From Dudresnaya verticillata (lineage: Eukaryota): a stretch of DNA of 64,000 bases. The stretch's first letter is position 1. Each line of letters opens with the position of its first letter. The position numbers were made by a program, and so were the translations under genes. The notes beneath the pieces are model-generated. The model saw only the letters and a program-made list of their open reading frames with translations. It did no database searches and was not told the origin of the DNA. Positions 1-12,938 of the stretch are shown here, in pieces. The stretch spans positions 620,001 through 684,000 of the forward strand of contig OZ374560.1 in assembly GCA_977862235.1 (NCBI GenBank), in the 5' to 3' direction.

Positions 1-1611
1 ATCGATATACTCGGGGAGCTCATACGTCGAAACGAGGGAACAGGTTCCTCCTTGTAATTGTCGACCGCTTTTCGAAGCTAGTCAGGACGGTACCCTTGCG
101 TACAGTTACGGCTCTGGAAATTTCAAAAGCGTTCGTCCGACATTGGGTATTCGTATATGGTCCGCCGAAGCGCCTACTGCCAGATAATGGGCGGCAGTTT
201 GTCGCCAAACTATTCCAGGACGTCTGCCGACTACTGGGGTTCGAGAATCGCTTCACCACGACCTATCACCCTCAGTGCAACGGACAGGTGGAACGGTTTA
301 GCCGGACGATACTCGCATCATTACGTCACTACGTGGCAGACCACCCTTTCGACTGGGATATGTTCACGGATGCTTCGACTTTCGGTTACAACACGCAGAT
401 CCACTCGTCCACACAGTTATCGCCGTTCGAGCTGGTACTCTCCCGACCACCACTCCCGTTGTCGCTTCAAGCGGAGCCGTCGCTGGAAAGCGTCCCGACC
501 GGTGGTCAATACTACACTAGTGGAGAGCATGGCTGACCGTATTGATGAGCATCGCGACGGCGACGTTGGCGCAAACGCAAGCTCGCTATAAGCGGAACTT
601 CGACGCCCTACTGCGGAAGTGCGCCGAGAAGATTGTCGCTGGTGACGTCGTATTTGTACGCAAGGAATAATTCGCCAGAGGCGGCTCGAGGGATCAAGCA
701 GAGCGAAATAACAAGTTAGCGCAGTGGCGGATGGACCCTGCAGAGTAATCAGAGTCGAAGACGGCACGATTACTGTCGGCAAGGGACGTAACGAACGCGA
801 GCGCTTGTCGAGGGACCGCGTGGTTTGGGCACCGACCCCTCCGGGTCATGTCCCGATTAGCACCCCCGCGACCGCGGATATTCCGTCCAATGGCGCGCCG
901 CCGAGCCAAGGAGTCGTCAACGACGGGACGAACGTCGCTACCGCGATACCCCCGAATGGGGGTGATCAAGAGATGCGTGGCGGCCATTCACCACAGGCGT
1001 CCATTCGCGGCTTAGACGAGTTGGCTCCGTTCGAAGCTGGGCCCGGTAGTGAGTCATCGCGTTCCGTCTCAGACGAGGACCAACCGCAGGGCGTCCACAC
1101 CCGACTCGGCGTCACTAGGCATACTCCGGCCACGCCGCCGGCTGACCCGACTAAGAGCGCCACTGACGTAACCAAGGCTACGCTAAGGATCGAAGGTCAA
1201 ACCCCGACTGTGTCGGCGGCGCAAACGCAAGAAGCAAGCGCATCTCCCGCCGAAGGCGTTCGTTCAGCTATACGAGACGCTACCCGCCCCCGGCGATCCT
1301 CGCGCCGAGTACGCTTCGCGGGACCGTCGGACGCCCACGGCGAAGGACCAAAGCAGCCGATGGACCCCCCCAAGGGGAAACGTAAGCAACCAGTTGCTGA
1401 CAGCGAAGGAGAATACGTCATCGACCGGATCGAGAAGCACGCGTTCGTGTATGACGGAGAGATCCTCTACTTCGTGAAATGGTTCGGATACGCTGCCACA
1501 GCGAACACGTGGGAACCGGTGTCGAACCTACTCCGTTCGCATATCGTGCGGTACCACCGCCAAAAGCGAACGGACACTCCAACAAATATCGACGACGCTC
1601 GTTTCGGGTAA
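1..1611 (+). pseudogene. pol: pol C-terminus: integrase core plus chromodomain (frameshift and stop)
   Basis: IDILG..., PDNGRQF, YHPQCNGQVERF (DDE core); chromodomain EYVIDRIEKH..YFVKWFGY..NTWEPVSNL at ~1410-1560; frame broken near 530 and a stop at 668. Confidence 0.92.
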
Positions 1612-1746
1612 GACGCCCCGACCACTCACGAAAGGACGTGCGTCCTGGAACGCCCAGGGCGGATATTCATAGGTGCACCCCACGACGGGAGTGTCAGCCA
1701 GAACGGGCCGAAGTGCTGACGCCACAAAAGCCCCCAAACGTCTGCG

Positions 1747-1816
1747 CCCGGGGGACAGCACCCGGGGGAAAATAACAAAAACCCGGGGGACAGCACCCGG
1801 GGGAAAATAACAAAAA
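1747..1816. repeat. 35-bp tandem duplication downstream of pol
   Basis: CCCGGGGGACAGCACCCGGGGGAAAATAACAAAAA x2. Confidence 0.9.
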
Positions 1817-2922
1817 CAACAAGAGAAATAATTATTCGCCATAGACGCCTCCCTAACGGCCAAGTGTCGCCCCGAACGGTCGGAGGGAAGTCTCGCTACC
1901 ACTACTCGCGAGGAAGGGACGCTGGCCGTCTCGATCGGCCAACTACGTGACCCACGTCGGCCGCCACCACTAAGTCCTCGCAGAAATGCGCCGCCTGTCA
2001 CGAGGGTACGCTACGCCACACGCGCCTCAGGACGCCAAGGAGGAAGAAGGAAACGTAATGACTACGCGAAAAAGGTCAACGCAAGGACGCGATATCCTGG
2101 TGCGAGAACGTCGCAGACGAGAATAACCACAGTTACGACGTCCGTGCACGACGCGTCGCGCCCGGGGCGGGGGAAACGGCCGCACCCTATAGCCAACGCG
2201 CGGCGCCTCCGCGCCGAGGCCGTAGCGATCACGTTGTAACAGCTTCGAGGACGCGTCAAGATGGAGGTGGCTGAGCAATCACGCCGTCAGCGACTAGCGA
2301 TCGGTACTCCGTCAGTGGGCGCACGCCGACATTGCGCAACACACGCCACCTCCACTTACCACACCCAAGACGGGTGGGCTTTTTCCTACCGTCAACGAAG
2401 AGCCAGCTCCGCGACTCAGGTGTCGCGGGCAAGACGCCAAAGGCGAATAAGGAGGTCGGCTATGCGCGATACTCCTAACGTCGAAGATGAGTTGACGGGA
2501 CTTCGTAAGTGCGCACGTCTGATGAGGCCCGGGTCAATGGAGCAGTAACAACGCCACGGGTGGCCACTTCTTATTTAACGTTAACGACGGCTCACCAAGA
2601 AACCACAACGCCGATGCGGTTTACGACAATAACGCACGCGAGCCACCTTCACGGCCGCGGATACGTCCAGGACGAACGATGCGAAGAATACGACGCACAG
2701 GGTGCAAATACAGGGGATCAGCAAGGCAGGAGGCGAAAGTAACGGAGATGTTTAATACGCAGATGCATTCGATAACATCGCTTCTGTTACTTACGGTAAC
2801 TATGTGGCTGCGGCAACATCGCCGTCGCTGGACTCTTACTTACCCGCTTGAGTCGCTCCGCGAGGAGCGACCAAGCCCATGAAACGCACCCTCGCGTCCG
2901 CCAAGCCGTCGAAGACGAGGAG

Positions 2923-5385
2923 TCAGTCGCTACCCTTAGCCGCCTTCGGCGAGCGTAAGTCGCCAGCATCATTGCCCTCGGCGGATTCGCGAACGGCCGC
3001 TTCGTAACCGTCATTGTCCGTCGGAGACGTGAGAGCTGGGCCAGGCGACGTGGCCGCGAGCCGCGAGGCGCCGGACACCGTCGTCACCTTGGTCACAGCG
3101 TCCACCTGCGCCTTAGGCGAAATATTAGACTCGTTGGTCGCCTCGGGCACAAGGGTAACCGGTGTGGACGCCAGCATCGGCGATCGCGAAGTCTTTTCCG
3201 TCACCGGTGTCGAGCGCAACGCAATCGCCTTAGGTGTCAACAGGGCATCTTTGCCCTGCGTCCTAGGCGTCTTCGGAATGTTAACCGCCTTCGGCGCAGG
3301 TTGCGAAATGATCGTCTTAGGCGCTCCGGGAACTTCCGCCGTCGATGACGTTGGAACAACTTTGCTCGCCGTAGGCGCTTCGCCACTAGAAGGCATCGTC
3401 GTAGACGAAGATCCCACGGCGCTCCCGCCATTCGGCGCCGTAACTGGCAGAGCCGCTGGCCCCCGCACAGGCGTTGCCGCCGAAGTTGGAACCGTCGCCC
3501 AGACGCGAGCCCACCAATCCGAGGGCGATCCGCTCGGATCGCTAGGCTTGAAGCCTGAGGCCCGCAGGAGCGAAAGGACCACATCTCGCTGCGCGGAGTT
3601 CCAAGTCGGCACGGCCGAAGATACTGCATCACAGTCTTGGACGCTTGGGACCGGAGGTGGCGCTGGTGCGATGGCCGCTGGTGTTTGCACCGGGGCAGCC
3701 ATGACAGCGTCACCATCATCATCAGCGACGGATACGTTCCCTTCGTTGGGAGCAACCGCCACTGGCGTATGAGACGGCCCAGCTGCAGTTACCACATCCG
3801 ACGCCGCAGGCGGTTCTACATCAGAAGCTGACGGCTCAACCGCCATAGGCGTCGCGAAGCCCATCCCAGACGTGTGCACCCCTACGCTGGTAGCGTGAAA
3901 CGCGTCCTCCTCGGCCGTTAGGGTGGCCAAGTGCGGAGGAAAAGCTCCGACAAAGTCGCACGATGGCAGTAGCCCACGAGGGTGACCCGATGGCACAAAC
4001 CGGTCAGTACCTCGATGACGCTCAGCAATACTTTCCGTCGTTCGACGTTTGGTCCAAGGATTGTACCAGGCCCAGTCGCCAGAGGCGTGAGAGGTTGCGG
4101 CTCATCGCGAAACGCGGACGATTCGCCTTCCGGCGGCTGTTCTCCAGTTCTCCAGTTCTCCGGGTTATCCCAGTCGATCTCACTCGCCACTTGCCGTAAG
4201 TTCCAGAACTCACGGAGGTTTCGCTGACCGCCGAGCGTCTCGGTGAGGTCCAAATCGTTGAAGAACGCTACAGTACGTGGTGGGAGGTAGTACATCCGGA
4301 AGGTATCGTACACCTCCCACAACCACGCATAAGCGATGTTGGCTACCCACTCCGTCTGAAGGACGATCCACCACCGCGAATACGCGTTCAGTACGAGCTC
4401 CGAGCCCAATAACGTGACACACGGGGGTAACTCGGCAGCGAAGCTCTCGCACATTTCCATCTCACGACACTGTGGCGGTAACTTGACGAAACAGTTCGAC
4501 ACTTTTGTACGCTCTAAGCGGTCAATTGGCGTATCCTGATACGGCACTAGAGCGTCCTTGCGGCGCCGGGACTCGCACTCCCAGCGAATGCACCTATCCC
4601 AGTAGAAGGTGCCCGTTCGGTGGGAATACCGGAACTCCGCTCGCAAGCGCACACCCATCACCAACACATCGTCTCTGACGCGAGCGTGCAATTACGGAGT
4701 AATGTGCGTCAACGGCAATTCTGCCAGACGGTAACCCTAACCGGTCTCGCCGTGTGTTCGGAAAAGTGCCTCATCCAGCCCGAGAGACAACGGGACCAAG
4801 TCGGTTCCCGGGAACCGGGAGAAACGGCCATATACGTCGACGACGAAGCGGGCGTGCGCGTCTTCCCGCGACTGGCCCGGGTGCGCATGCACCCACTCTT
4901 TCGGGGCCGCGCAGCGCGCCCGCCACTCCGTCGAGTAGACGATAGCCAGAGGGAGTTCCCCCGGCAACATATCGCCGGTGGCGTAGTGCGTGATTAGCGC
5001 TTCGTTTCCCAACGCGGCCGGGTCGAACCACGGCGCCCTCGCAAAGTGGCGCGCGTGGTTACGCGCGCTCTTTCCGACAAAGTCGTGCAGTGACGGGTAT
5101 ACCGTCATCGATGAAGGGGGCGCAATCTGCGCCCCATCGTACTGTGGTATAAAGTCAACGACGGGAAGCTACGAACGCGTCACTGACGATAGGGAACTCA
5201 CCGTCCAGCAGAACACGACGAGGGGATACCGCGCGCGCCTTGGTCGAGAGTCGCCGAACGTCAACGAAGAAAGCGAACGGCCGCTTGGCAACATCGTCGC
5301 AAACACCATGGGCGGAGAATTGACGTCGGTCGATAAACACGCTGAAAGCGGAACGACCGCTTCGGGCGAGGATGACTAGTCGCAC
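2923..5385 (-). pseudogene. Antisense accessory ORF of the chromovirus (unknown protein, disrupted)
   Basis: ORFs 4737-5108 and 3918-4691 share one frame, split by a single TAG; a frameshift leads into the P/S/T/A-rich ORF 2923-3996; motifs align by eye with antisense ORFs at 24121-26163 and 36670-38603. Confidence 0.7.
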
Positions 5386-5523
5386 ATGTCAGCACACAGG
5401 GCAACGCCGAGCAAAAGCACACGCCAAAAGCGGAGTCGCAGACGCACGGGGGGCCATGCTGCTGTGGAAGGTCGCGCGGTACGACTAGGTCGATGGATGT
5501 GCTCGCGTCTAAGCGGGGGGCCG

Positions 5524-6359
5524 TGTGGCGCACGGGGGACCGAGCTTTTGTTTCCTCGCCATGGGCGTCAAGGGCCTCGTCGACCGACGGACGGTCACCT
5601 GAAACGGCTCATTCGCCGTTGGCGCGAATACGTCATCGACGATTGGCCTACGGACGCGCGGGAGCCACGACCCAGCACCGCGCACGCCGATGCACTGTAC
5701 GGCGCAACGCTGTAGAGCGGATCCGGATGATGCATCGGGATCAACGAGGTGTAAGCGGAATGACTGTCAATTTGGCCCGGATCCCGGTTGAAACCGGATC
5801 CGACAGCCGGATCGGACATCGGAATCCACTGTAAGGGAAACACGCCTGTAAGACGGTGCCAATCGCGATCCGAATCCGGATCGCCTATAGTGCCGCACAG
5901 GCGCGTCTCTATAAGAAGCATGAGCCGGCGTACAGCGGCTGCATTGTCCCGGGACCTGTCAGACGCACCTCCGTGCCACACGCGTCCCGGGTTCCCGCGC
6001 ACTACGTCATGCCGCCGCCGCGCCGCAGCCCCATAGCATTAATTAGGTATCTCGTCTAGGACGTAGCAGTAAAGCCCCGGCAAGCCGGTTTGAGTCTAGA
6101 CTTCCCTTCCGGGACAGCGCGCACCCTACCGCTGCCCGGAAGCATAAGCGTCTACCTCGCCGTGTTTCCACGTTCATAACCGTTGCTAACTTGTTTTCCT
6201 CTGGGTTTTTTTGCCTTTTTTCTCTCTCGCTCGCCTTGGGTCTTTACAGTCCACCCGAGACGTGTGCAACCTGCTCTACCACGTTAGCAACCAGCGGCTA
6301 CCCCGGGCTTCCGAACGGCCCGGAGGTGTTTTCCGTCCGAGGACGACGTTTGCACGACA
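5524..6359 (+). repeat. 3' LTR (family B, 836 bp)
   Basis: TG...CA ends with imperfect inverted termini; preceded by PPT; similar to solo LTRs 45353-46198 and 36429-40582. Confidence 0.88.
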
Positions 6360-7754
6360 CAGGCAAGCAACCTTTCAGGCTCAGTCTCATTGTACCGCTT
6401 TCCGTTACGGTTTTACCCGCACCAAGCCGATTGTGGGCTACCACCACCACCGTAACGGAGTTCGTACCGGAACTGTACCGAACCTTGTCTGTTCCTTCCC
6501 AATATTCGTTAGCTTGCGGGCTAGCCTCTGGTTCTCCTCCGTGTCGGTTTGAGCTGCTAAAATACCCTGTGCAGGGAGTGTTGCTCTCGTCCCATGAACA
6601 AAAGTAAGGTCAGCTGTCCGTTATGGAATGGCGTGGGTTTTCACTACACCATTGTGCACAACCACAGCCCATTGCGGTCTAACGGCTCCACCGTGACAGG
6701 GTCCGTCGCACAACTTGCTCCACGCCCTTGCCTCTTTCTTCCAAATATCTGTTCTGGTTACTCGCTCGCTGTTAACCTTTCTTGATGCGAAATGCTCTAC
6801 CACCCCGTGCGGGCCATGTCGTTCTCACCTACACCTCATAAATGAAAGTCTGACCAACTGTTCGGGTGTTCGTTACGGGAATTCGTGGGATTGCACTATA
6901 CCACAGCAACGACAACGTTTTGGTTACTACTAATGGACTATGTAAGGCTATTGCGGCGTAGAGTGCTATGGTAGACAAAGAACACTTCCTGCACAGGGGA
7001 CCGCGCATATGTTTCACTCATGTCCATGTGGAGTTCACGCTCCACTGTTGAGTCAATTGCCTCAAGCGGCACGGGTTCTGGAGATTCTTAGCCTTCGCAT
7101 CCAGATATGTCAGAAGTATCGTATCGGTAAATTACCGTATCGGTAAATTAACCATTGATATGAAATCCTGCGAAATAACCAAGGGCAATTACTGACTCGA
7201 GATATTCCAGGTCGACACAGAACTAAAAGTTCGACTGTGGGACGTCTTCTGTTGAAATAGACCCTGATTTGGTAAGCTGTTGAGCACGGGGCGAATCCGA
7301 GTTCGTTTGGTGGTCATAAAGTTAGAAAAACACCCTAATGGATTCTGTATTCTTTTTTGGAGCCTAGGGGGCTCGACATATGTTGTAATGAACGTGCTTT
7401 GCGTTGTGATTGCTGGCTCAGTAGTACTGCAATGGTATTTTGTTTTCGTTTGTGGCAGCCAGGAGGTTGTGGAACCGGTGAGGGTGAGCGAACCCTCCGA
7501 AGATAGGGATCAGTGATCACTGTGATGGGTTCGGATAATTTTGTTGAACGGTGTCCGGTGCCTCCTTTTCGAGAGGGATTCTTTATTCAACAGGCATGGT
7601 TAAATAGTAATGCAAGGAGTAAAACAACTTCAGGAGAACTAAACCGACCCTAGAGGAAAATACGTGCTAAGCGTAACCTACATGGGATTATGGGTTAATA
7701 CTGTAACCCAGGTGGAGGAAACAGATGGAACCTACCAGGAATTATATCCTGATA

Positions 7755-8268
7755 CAGTGAAACCCCGTTGTAAGCACCCTGCACTATATGCATAACCGCG
7801 CTATATGCATTCTGAACCATTCCACCACCAAAAAACCTGTGATTTTGAGCCATACAAGTATGCACCCTGCATACCCGCATAATGCATACAGATCCGAGGA
7901 CAAACCTTAATTTTTGATTAATATGTGGCCTGTTAGTACGCCAAAATACATAATTGCAAAAATTGAAACTGTTGAACACCCTCGCTTGTTTCACGCAAGC
8001 TGTTCAACAGCCCAACTCAAACGGCGCCCGGGCTCGGTCCATCCTCGAAAAGAATGGTAGCCTCTGTGACGCTGGCCGAAAGGCTTTTTACAAGTGCCAA
8101 CGCTCTCTAAGAGTGGATAAAGTTGCTTCTATGAAGCAAACAAGGATCTTAGACCACTTTTCGAGGAAATAGAGAAGTTGTTGTCTAGCCCTCGGCAATT
8201 GCATACCCCCATAAAAGCATAAAGAACCTTTCTCCCAACTAGCATGCTTACAACGGGGCTTCGCTTTG
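7755..8268 (+). mobile_element. Non-autonomous pogo/Tigger-like DNA transposon (internally deleted)
   Basis: TA-flanked; TIR CAGTGAAACCCCGTTGTAAGCA vs TGCTTACAACGGGGCTTCGCTTTG; remnant frame ends KQTRILDHFSRK* (PIP-box-like pogo C-terminus). Confidence 0.75.
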
Positions 8269-9372
8269 TATGCCGGCGTGCAAGCGCCGGTCATCCGTCA
8301 TTAGTCACTTCCAGCCATCAAGGCTTGCAGTAATTCGGGAGCTCGCGGGCCCCGCTGCTCGGCGCGCCACGGGAGAACAATGCTCTCGCCGCCGCCCAGA
8401 GTGGCTGGGTCCAATATGTAGAGTAACAGATAATAGCCCCGTTGCAGCCCAACTTCGCCCTGCCTTCCCTTCATTTTCCCTGCGTTCCCTCGTCCTCACA
8501 GCGCATTCCCTACTCCTACTCCTACGAGTCCCCGAGTCGTCACACCTAACATTAAACAACCCCATTTTCCCAATATACGCTTAGCTCTTAGATTGCAAGC
8601 AAAGATATCAACCCGCAGGCAAATTTAGTCCGATGTATATGGTACATGTCTCTAGATCTTCGACGTCTCTAGTTTGGCTCCTAACGCGGCGATAGGCTGC
8701 ATAGGTTCTCCCCAGTGGATATTACGCGACACCCGAAGAGCCGATTTTCAACCCTTTCAACTGATAGATCGAACTTTGAAAGTGTTCGATGGTGTTGAGG
8801 TTCCATAACATACTTTGCTGTGCTCTGCAAAGTGGAAACTTGGCTCAAACGTCTCATTATTTAAAATGTAAAGTATACGTGAGTTTCGAACTACGGGTAG
8901 GCAATTGACTCTGTTATGTATGATTAGTGTAATGTCCTGGGCGAGGTAGAGCAACTGTCTGGAGGTATTGCTACTATTGTTATTTTAACAAACACAAGTT
9001 TAATGCTTCGCAGGGATCTTTCTGGTGGTACCACCGTAGTAGCTATGATTACAGTAACACCCAATGTGTTCAAATCTTGTACTTTCGTACTTTTGGGATA
9101 CAGGTTGTATGGGTGTTGATATATGTTCTGCAGGAAGCCAGCCAGTCTTACGGCTGTTCGATGTCAAATACGATCAGTTGTGTTCCCTTGACCCAACGGG
9201 GCCCTGTTGGCACAGGTTCTACATTGCCAGATGAATAGATGTACTGATCAGTACCATCGTCCGGGAATGACAAGATGAAGGAGAGACACAGAATGAACAC
9301 ATCGAGCAGGAAGCAAAACTTTTGGCGGCGGTATACATGGTTCCAATAGAGCATGGAACAATGGTGATGTTG

Positions 9373-10340
9373 TATTTATTTGTCGTTTAAAGTGATCCAG
9401 CGCGGGCAACTTGGGACCCTACGCCGGCGCACCACTAACGAGGTCCTTACTGGGGTACTGGAGACAGTACTGTAGCAGGGAGAGAGGATCTTTTGCGGAG
9501 TCCCGCCAGTATGGGAGGTGGGAAAGTCACGTGCACAAAGGGTCCTGATTGCAAAAATTGCACGCGAGATGGCTACAAGGGTCTGCGGGGAGGGGTGTGG
9601 CCTGGAGAGGTCGCGGAGTGCACGGGAACTTTTGCGCCCTATATCGCGGGCGGACAGGCAGCGTGGCGGGATACGAAATGTTCCCAGGTGCCAATGGATG
9701 GCGAGTTTCCTGTTCTTCTGGTGACTGAGCAGGAGTGCGGGGGGAAAAGCGCGAGGTGATGGGTGGGCCGGGGCCGGTCGGCACCCTGAGAGCACGGTTG
9801 CCATTCTCCGAGAAGAGCAGTGGAGAGAGCTTTGGGCGGTAAAGGGAAGCAGCCTGCCTTATACAGTGGGGAGTTTGGGAGGCTTCGGAGTGCAGCAAGG
9901 GTTTGTGGAGCATGCCAGCCGCCGTTTGCATCGGTTCGGCGCTGATTCTTGAGCAGGTTTGCAACAAATTTGTACTGGAGGGATTCTTGGCGGGTCAGTG
10001 GGGAATCGATACGAAAAGTGCGCGCATTTCCGCAGGCGGTTCTTTGACAGTCGCATTGCGTCTTGAGAGATGGCAATTCGGAAAAAGGAGGAGTCTAACT
10101 CATCCAGGGCGGAGAGGAGCGTGGCGTTGTAGGGGACAAGGGTGCAGCCGTGTTCGACCGTGGTCCGAAGGAATGTCTTGTAAATGAACCGAAATGCGTT
10201 TGCGGGCATTTCAGAGGTGAGGAAGCCCATAGAGACTAGCATGCCCAGGGTCTTCTTTGCCGCAGCGATTCGCTTCAGAGTCGTCGAGGGGAGAACAACA
10301 GTAGAGGAAATATCCACTCCTAGGTATACTGGAACGCGCG
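9373..10340 (-). mobile_element. 5'-truncated non-LTR retrotransposon (LINE), RT thumb and C-terminal region, frameshifted
   Basis: YLGVDIS..KRIAAAKKTLGML..IYKTFLRTTVEHG typical of the LINE RT thumb; continues in other frames to a stop at 9376 in an AATAAA context. Confidence 0.75.
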
Positions 10341-12380
10341 TTTGATTCGGGCTCTTCTGGCTAATCTTGGTACCGCGTTGTGTTTGTGCTCTGCTTGCAA
10401 TTCTACTTACCACCAATTACGAAACGGCACGGTATGGAATGGCTCCCATCGCATAGATTGGCTTTCCGAATCATAATAGCAAGAGAAGAGTGAAGGCCCC
10501 ACTGCCTCTGACATCACCCCTACCGAACCCCTTATTTCAAGCAGCGGCTGCGGGACCATCTTCGTAAGAAAAATCAGGTTATGATGTTGGGGACAGTGTG
10601 AATCAGACCATCTGATATGGTAAGGCAGATAAGATTTACTTATCAACACACATAGGCCCTACGCCGTGATGACGGTCTGCGATTTCATTCCATTTCAACA
10701 AAAATGTTGCCATCCTATTCCAATGAGATAAACCCAAGCAATGGTGCAGCGTTTTGAAAACGTCTAGTAATCTGTATTGCAATCTATTGTTCCAGTGCTA
10801 CTCGAAGATTAGACTAGATGAAACTGGTTTTAAGTGTGCAGAGCTATGAGACCATAAATGAGTATGGACTTGGATTCCTTTATGTGGATATATATATATT
10901 AGACACCGTATTGCCTTCTCAAGGGCCCTGCAGATGTTACAGAAACGGTTCAAACAGGCCATGTCCTCAAACAAAATGTGTTTCCATAGAGAGACATACG
11001 AGAGAGTTACGAAACAACGTGAAGGAGGCTTTGGACAAGCTCAGCTCTTTCGAGATCTATATGCACAGTTATGCCACAGATACAGGGTGTTGAAATACTT
11101 CACGACAGCAGCTGGCGTGAAGCGAGAATGCTCCTGAGGAATGAATGAATCTGGCATTGAAAACAAATTGCCATCTGGGGTTGCAGAAGAATGAAGCTGC
11201 CGTCAGCTAGAGCCCTTGCATTTTGTTTGCTCGAGCAATTATGTCGCCGTGCGAGCTGAGACTCTGAGACCAACCTGTTACGCATCCCCTTCAACATCAA
11301 TCAGGCGAGAAGAAACCGAAGCCTCCACTAGTAAGACTAATTGCGTGCTATAGAGCAGAAGAGGATAGTACAGATCTCTATATTATAACCTTCGGTAAGT
11401 AGACTGCTATGACAGTCAATATTTGTCGAATATCCGTACGCAATTTGCATTCTACTGTGCCCCTGCACTGTTGCAGCAGCGCAGCGCGATCTGAAAGGTT
11501 TACTCATTCTGGTCTTTAAAGAGCGACTGCACATAGTGAGCACGCCCTCTTACCGCTGAAAGCCGTCCTTCTGGTGGCAGCCGTCAGTATACCAACCCAC
11601 AAAACTGAATACACTCTCGAAATGAGGGTCCGCGAGGGCGAGTTAAATGTGGCTATCGGAGTTGGTCATAACCCAATCGGATTATTCATGAGGGCAGCTT
11701 CTGTATGAGCAGAGCAGAGACTTAGTTATTGCAGCGGAAGAGTCCCCCATTACAGCAGAACTGTGTAGGAGGTTTGCAATTGTATCTGTCAAAAGCGACA
11801 GCAGGGATGCAACAGGGGCATTATCTCTTCAAAAGCGATGACGGTCAGCAGCCCCCATTGGAAAACATTCTCTCCGGACACTGCCACGCATTTGATCTTG
11901 ACGGAAAGTGACTCACGAATGCACTTTGTTGCAATTATTGCCACCACTCACCGCCCCTGTGCTCATGATGGCGTTTTCGCAAGGTGCAGGGAGCACTGCA
12001 ACACTCAACTTTTGTTCTGAACACTCGTTGCAAAGGACTACAGAAAATTGCATCCGTCTCCAGTATAACGGGCCATCTTGCACCATACAGCTCGCGGGGT
12101 TGCGTTAGCACCGTCTAAAATGGGCAAACTCATTTCGGATTTCCATTTTCTCTCGGAGCTATTTCTCCGCGTTTCGCCTGCTTCTCATGATGCCATACCT
12201 GGCCCTGCTCGAGCTGTTACCCTTGTCGTTGTTAACGTCAAACACCAACGCATTACGAGCAGGGCATGGAGGCTGTTCCCAGCTATAACTCAACGCAGAC
12301 AACGTGTATCTGAGCAGAATAAAGTAAACCAGCGGTAGTTTCGGTAGGCCTTTATTGTAGCCGTTTCCATCCATCTCTGC

Positions 12381-12938
12381 TCATGAACGGAAGACAGACG
12401 ACGAAGCAGCGCGCTTGAGCCGAACCTTGATAGGAAACTTTTCAACGGGCTCGGCAAGAGGGCTTTGTGACTCGAAAGGAGAGGGGTAAACGGAGGTAGG
12501 AGACATGGGCGGCCTGTAAAGCAGCTTTGCGGGAGGACTCGGGGATTCCGGCAGTGGTGGTTCTAGTGGGGTCACCAGCGTACAGACGTTTTCTTCAGAC
12601 GGGTACGACAGGGTTTCTCTTGCGGAGGAAGCAGACGTGCCGGGCCAAAGCTCGGCGGCGTCACCGGGAACGAAGGTTGGCGGGGACCGACATTGCTCGG
12701 CGACGTGGGCATAGCGCCAGTACTCGGCGTTGAGGTCGACTATCTCAGTGTCGCCGTCGTCATACGCGACCTTGAAGGTGAACGGGCGGGCGCGGAGTGG
12801 ACACGGGCAGAGGGTGCTGCGGAAGTAGGTGTCATCGGCCTCCCAGAAGATCTCGACGCGGTGGCCGGGGGCGGGCGGCGGCGGGTGGTCGGTGTTGCGG
12901 GGGGTGGAGGCGCGGGTGGTGCGTCGGGGCGGGATCAT
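12381..12938 (-). CDS. Small Tudor-like domain protein (185 aa)
   Basis: ATG-started intact GC-rich ORF; GHRVEIFWEADDTYF...FKVAYDDGDTEIVDLNAEYWRY matches the PDS5/MSH6-type Tudor pattern; Pro/Ser-rich tail. Confidence 0.8.
   Translation of the reverse strand: MIPPRRTTRASTPRNTDHPPPPAPGHRVEIFWEADDTYFRSTLCPCPLRARPFTFKVAYDDGDTEIVDLNAEYWRYAHVAEQCRSPPTFVPGDAAELWPGTSASSARETLSYPSEENVCTLVTPLEPPLPESPSPPAKLLYRPPMSPTSVYPSPFESQSPLAEPVEKFPIKVRLKRAASSSVFRS

Larger units (their letters stand above)
1..6359 (+). mobile_element. Ty3/Gypsy chromovirus, 3' portion (integrase-chromodomain, ~3.9 kb extra region, PPT, 3' LTR); 5' part lies outside the window
   Basis: Integrase core and chromodomain on +; purine tract AAGCGGGGGG(CCG) directly before TGTGGCGCA at 5524; LTR ends TGCACGACA at 6359. 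Confidence 0.9.

Noticed and set aside
3014..3772. 252-aa plus-strand ORF
   Set aside because: Shadow of the low-complexity antisense ORF; non-ATG start and no motifs
7120..7150. 16-bp tandem duplication CGTATCGGTAAATTAC
   Set aside because: Only two copies, no spacer or associated feature
7280..7560. Possible second LINE 3' remnant
   Set aside because: No diagnostic motif recoverable by eye
7702..8544. Possible solo LTR (TGTAAC...GTCACA) hosting the pogo element
   Set aside because: No matching TSD and no second copy in the window
10800..12100. Short ORFs; VSGGNNC hints at a decayed WD40 gene
   Set aside because: Too fragmentary to support
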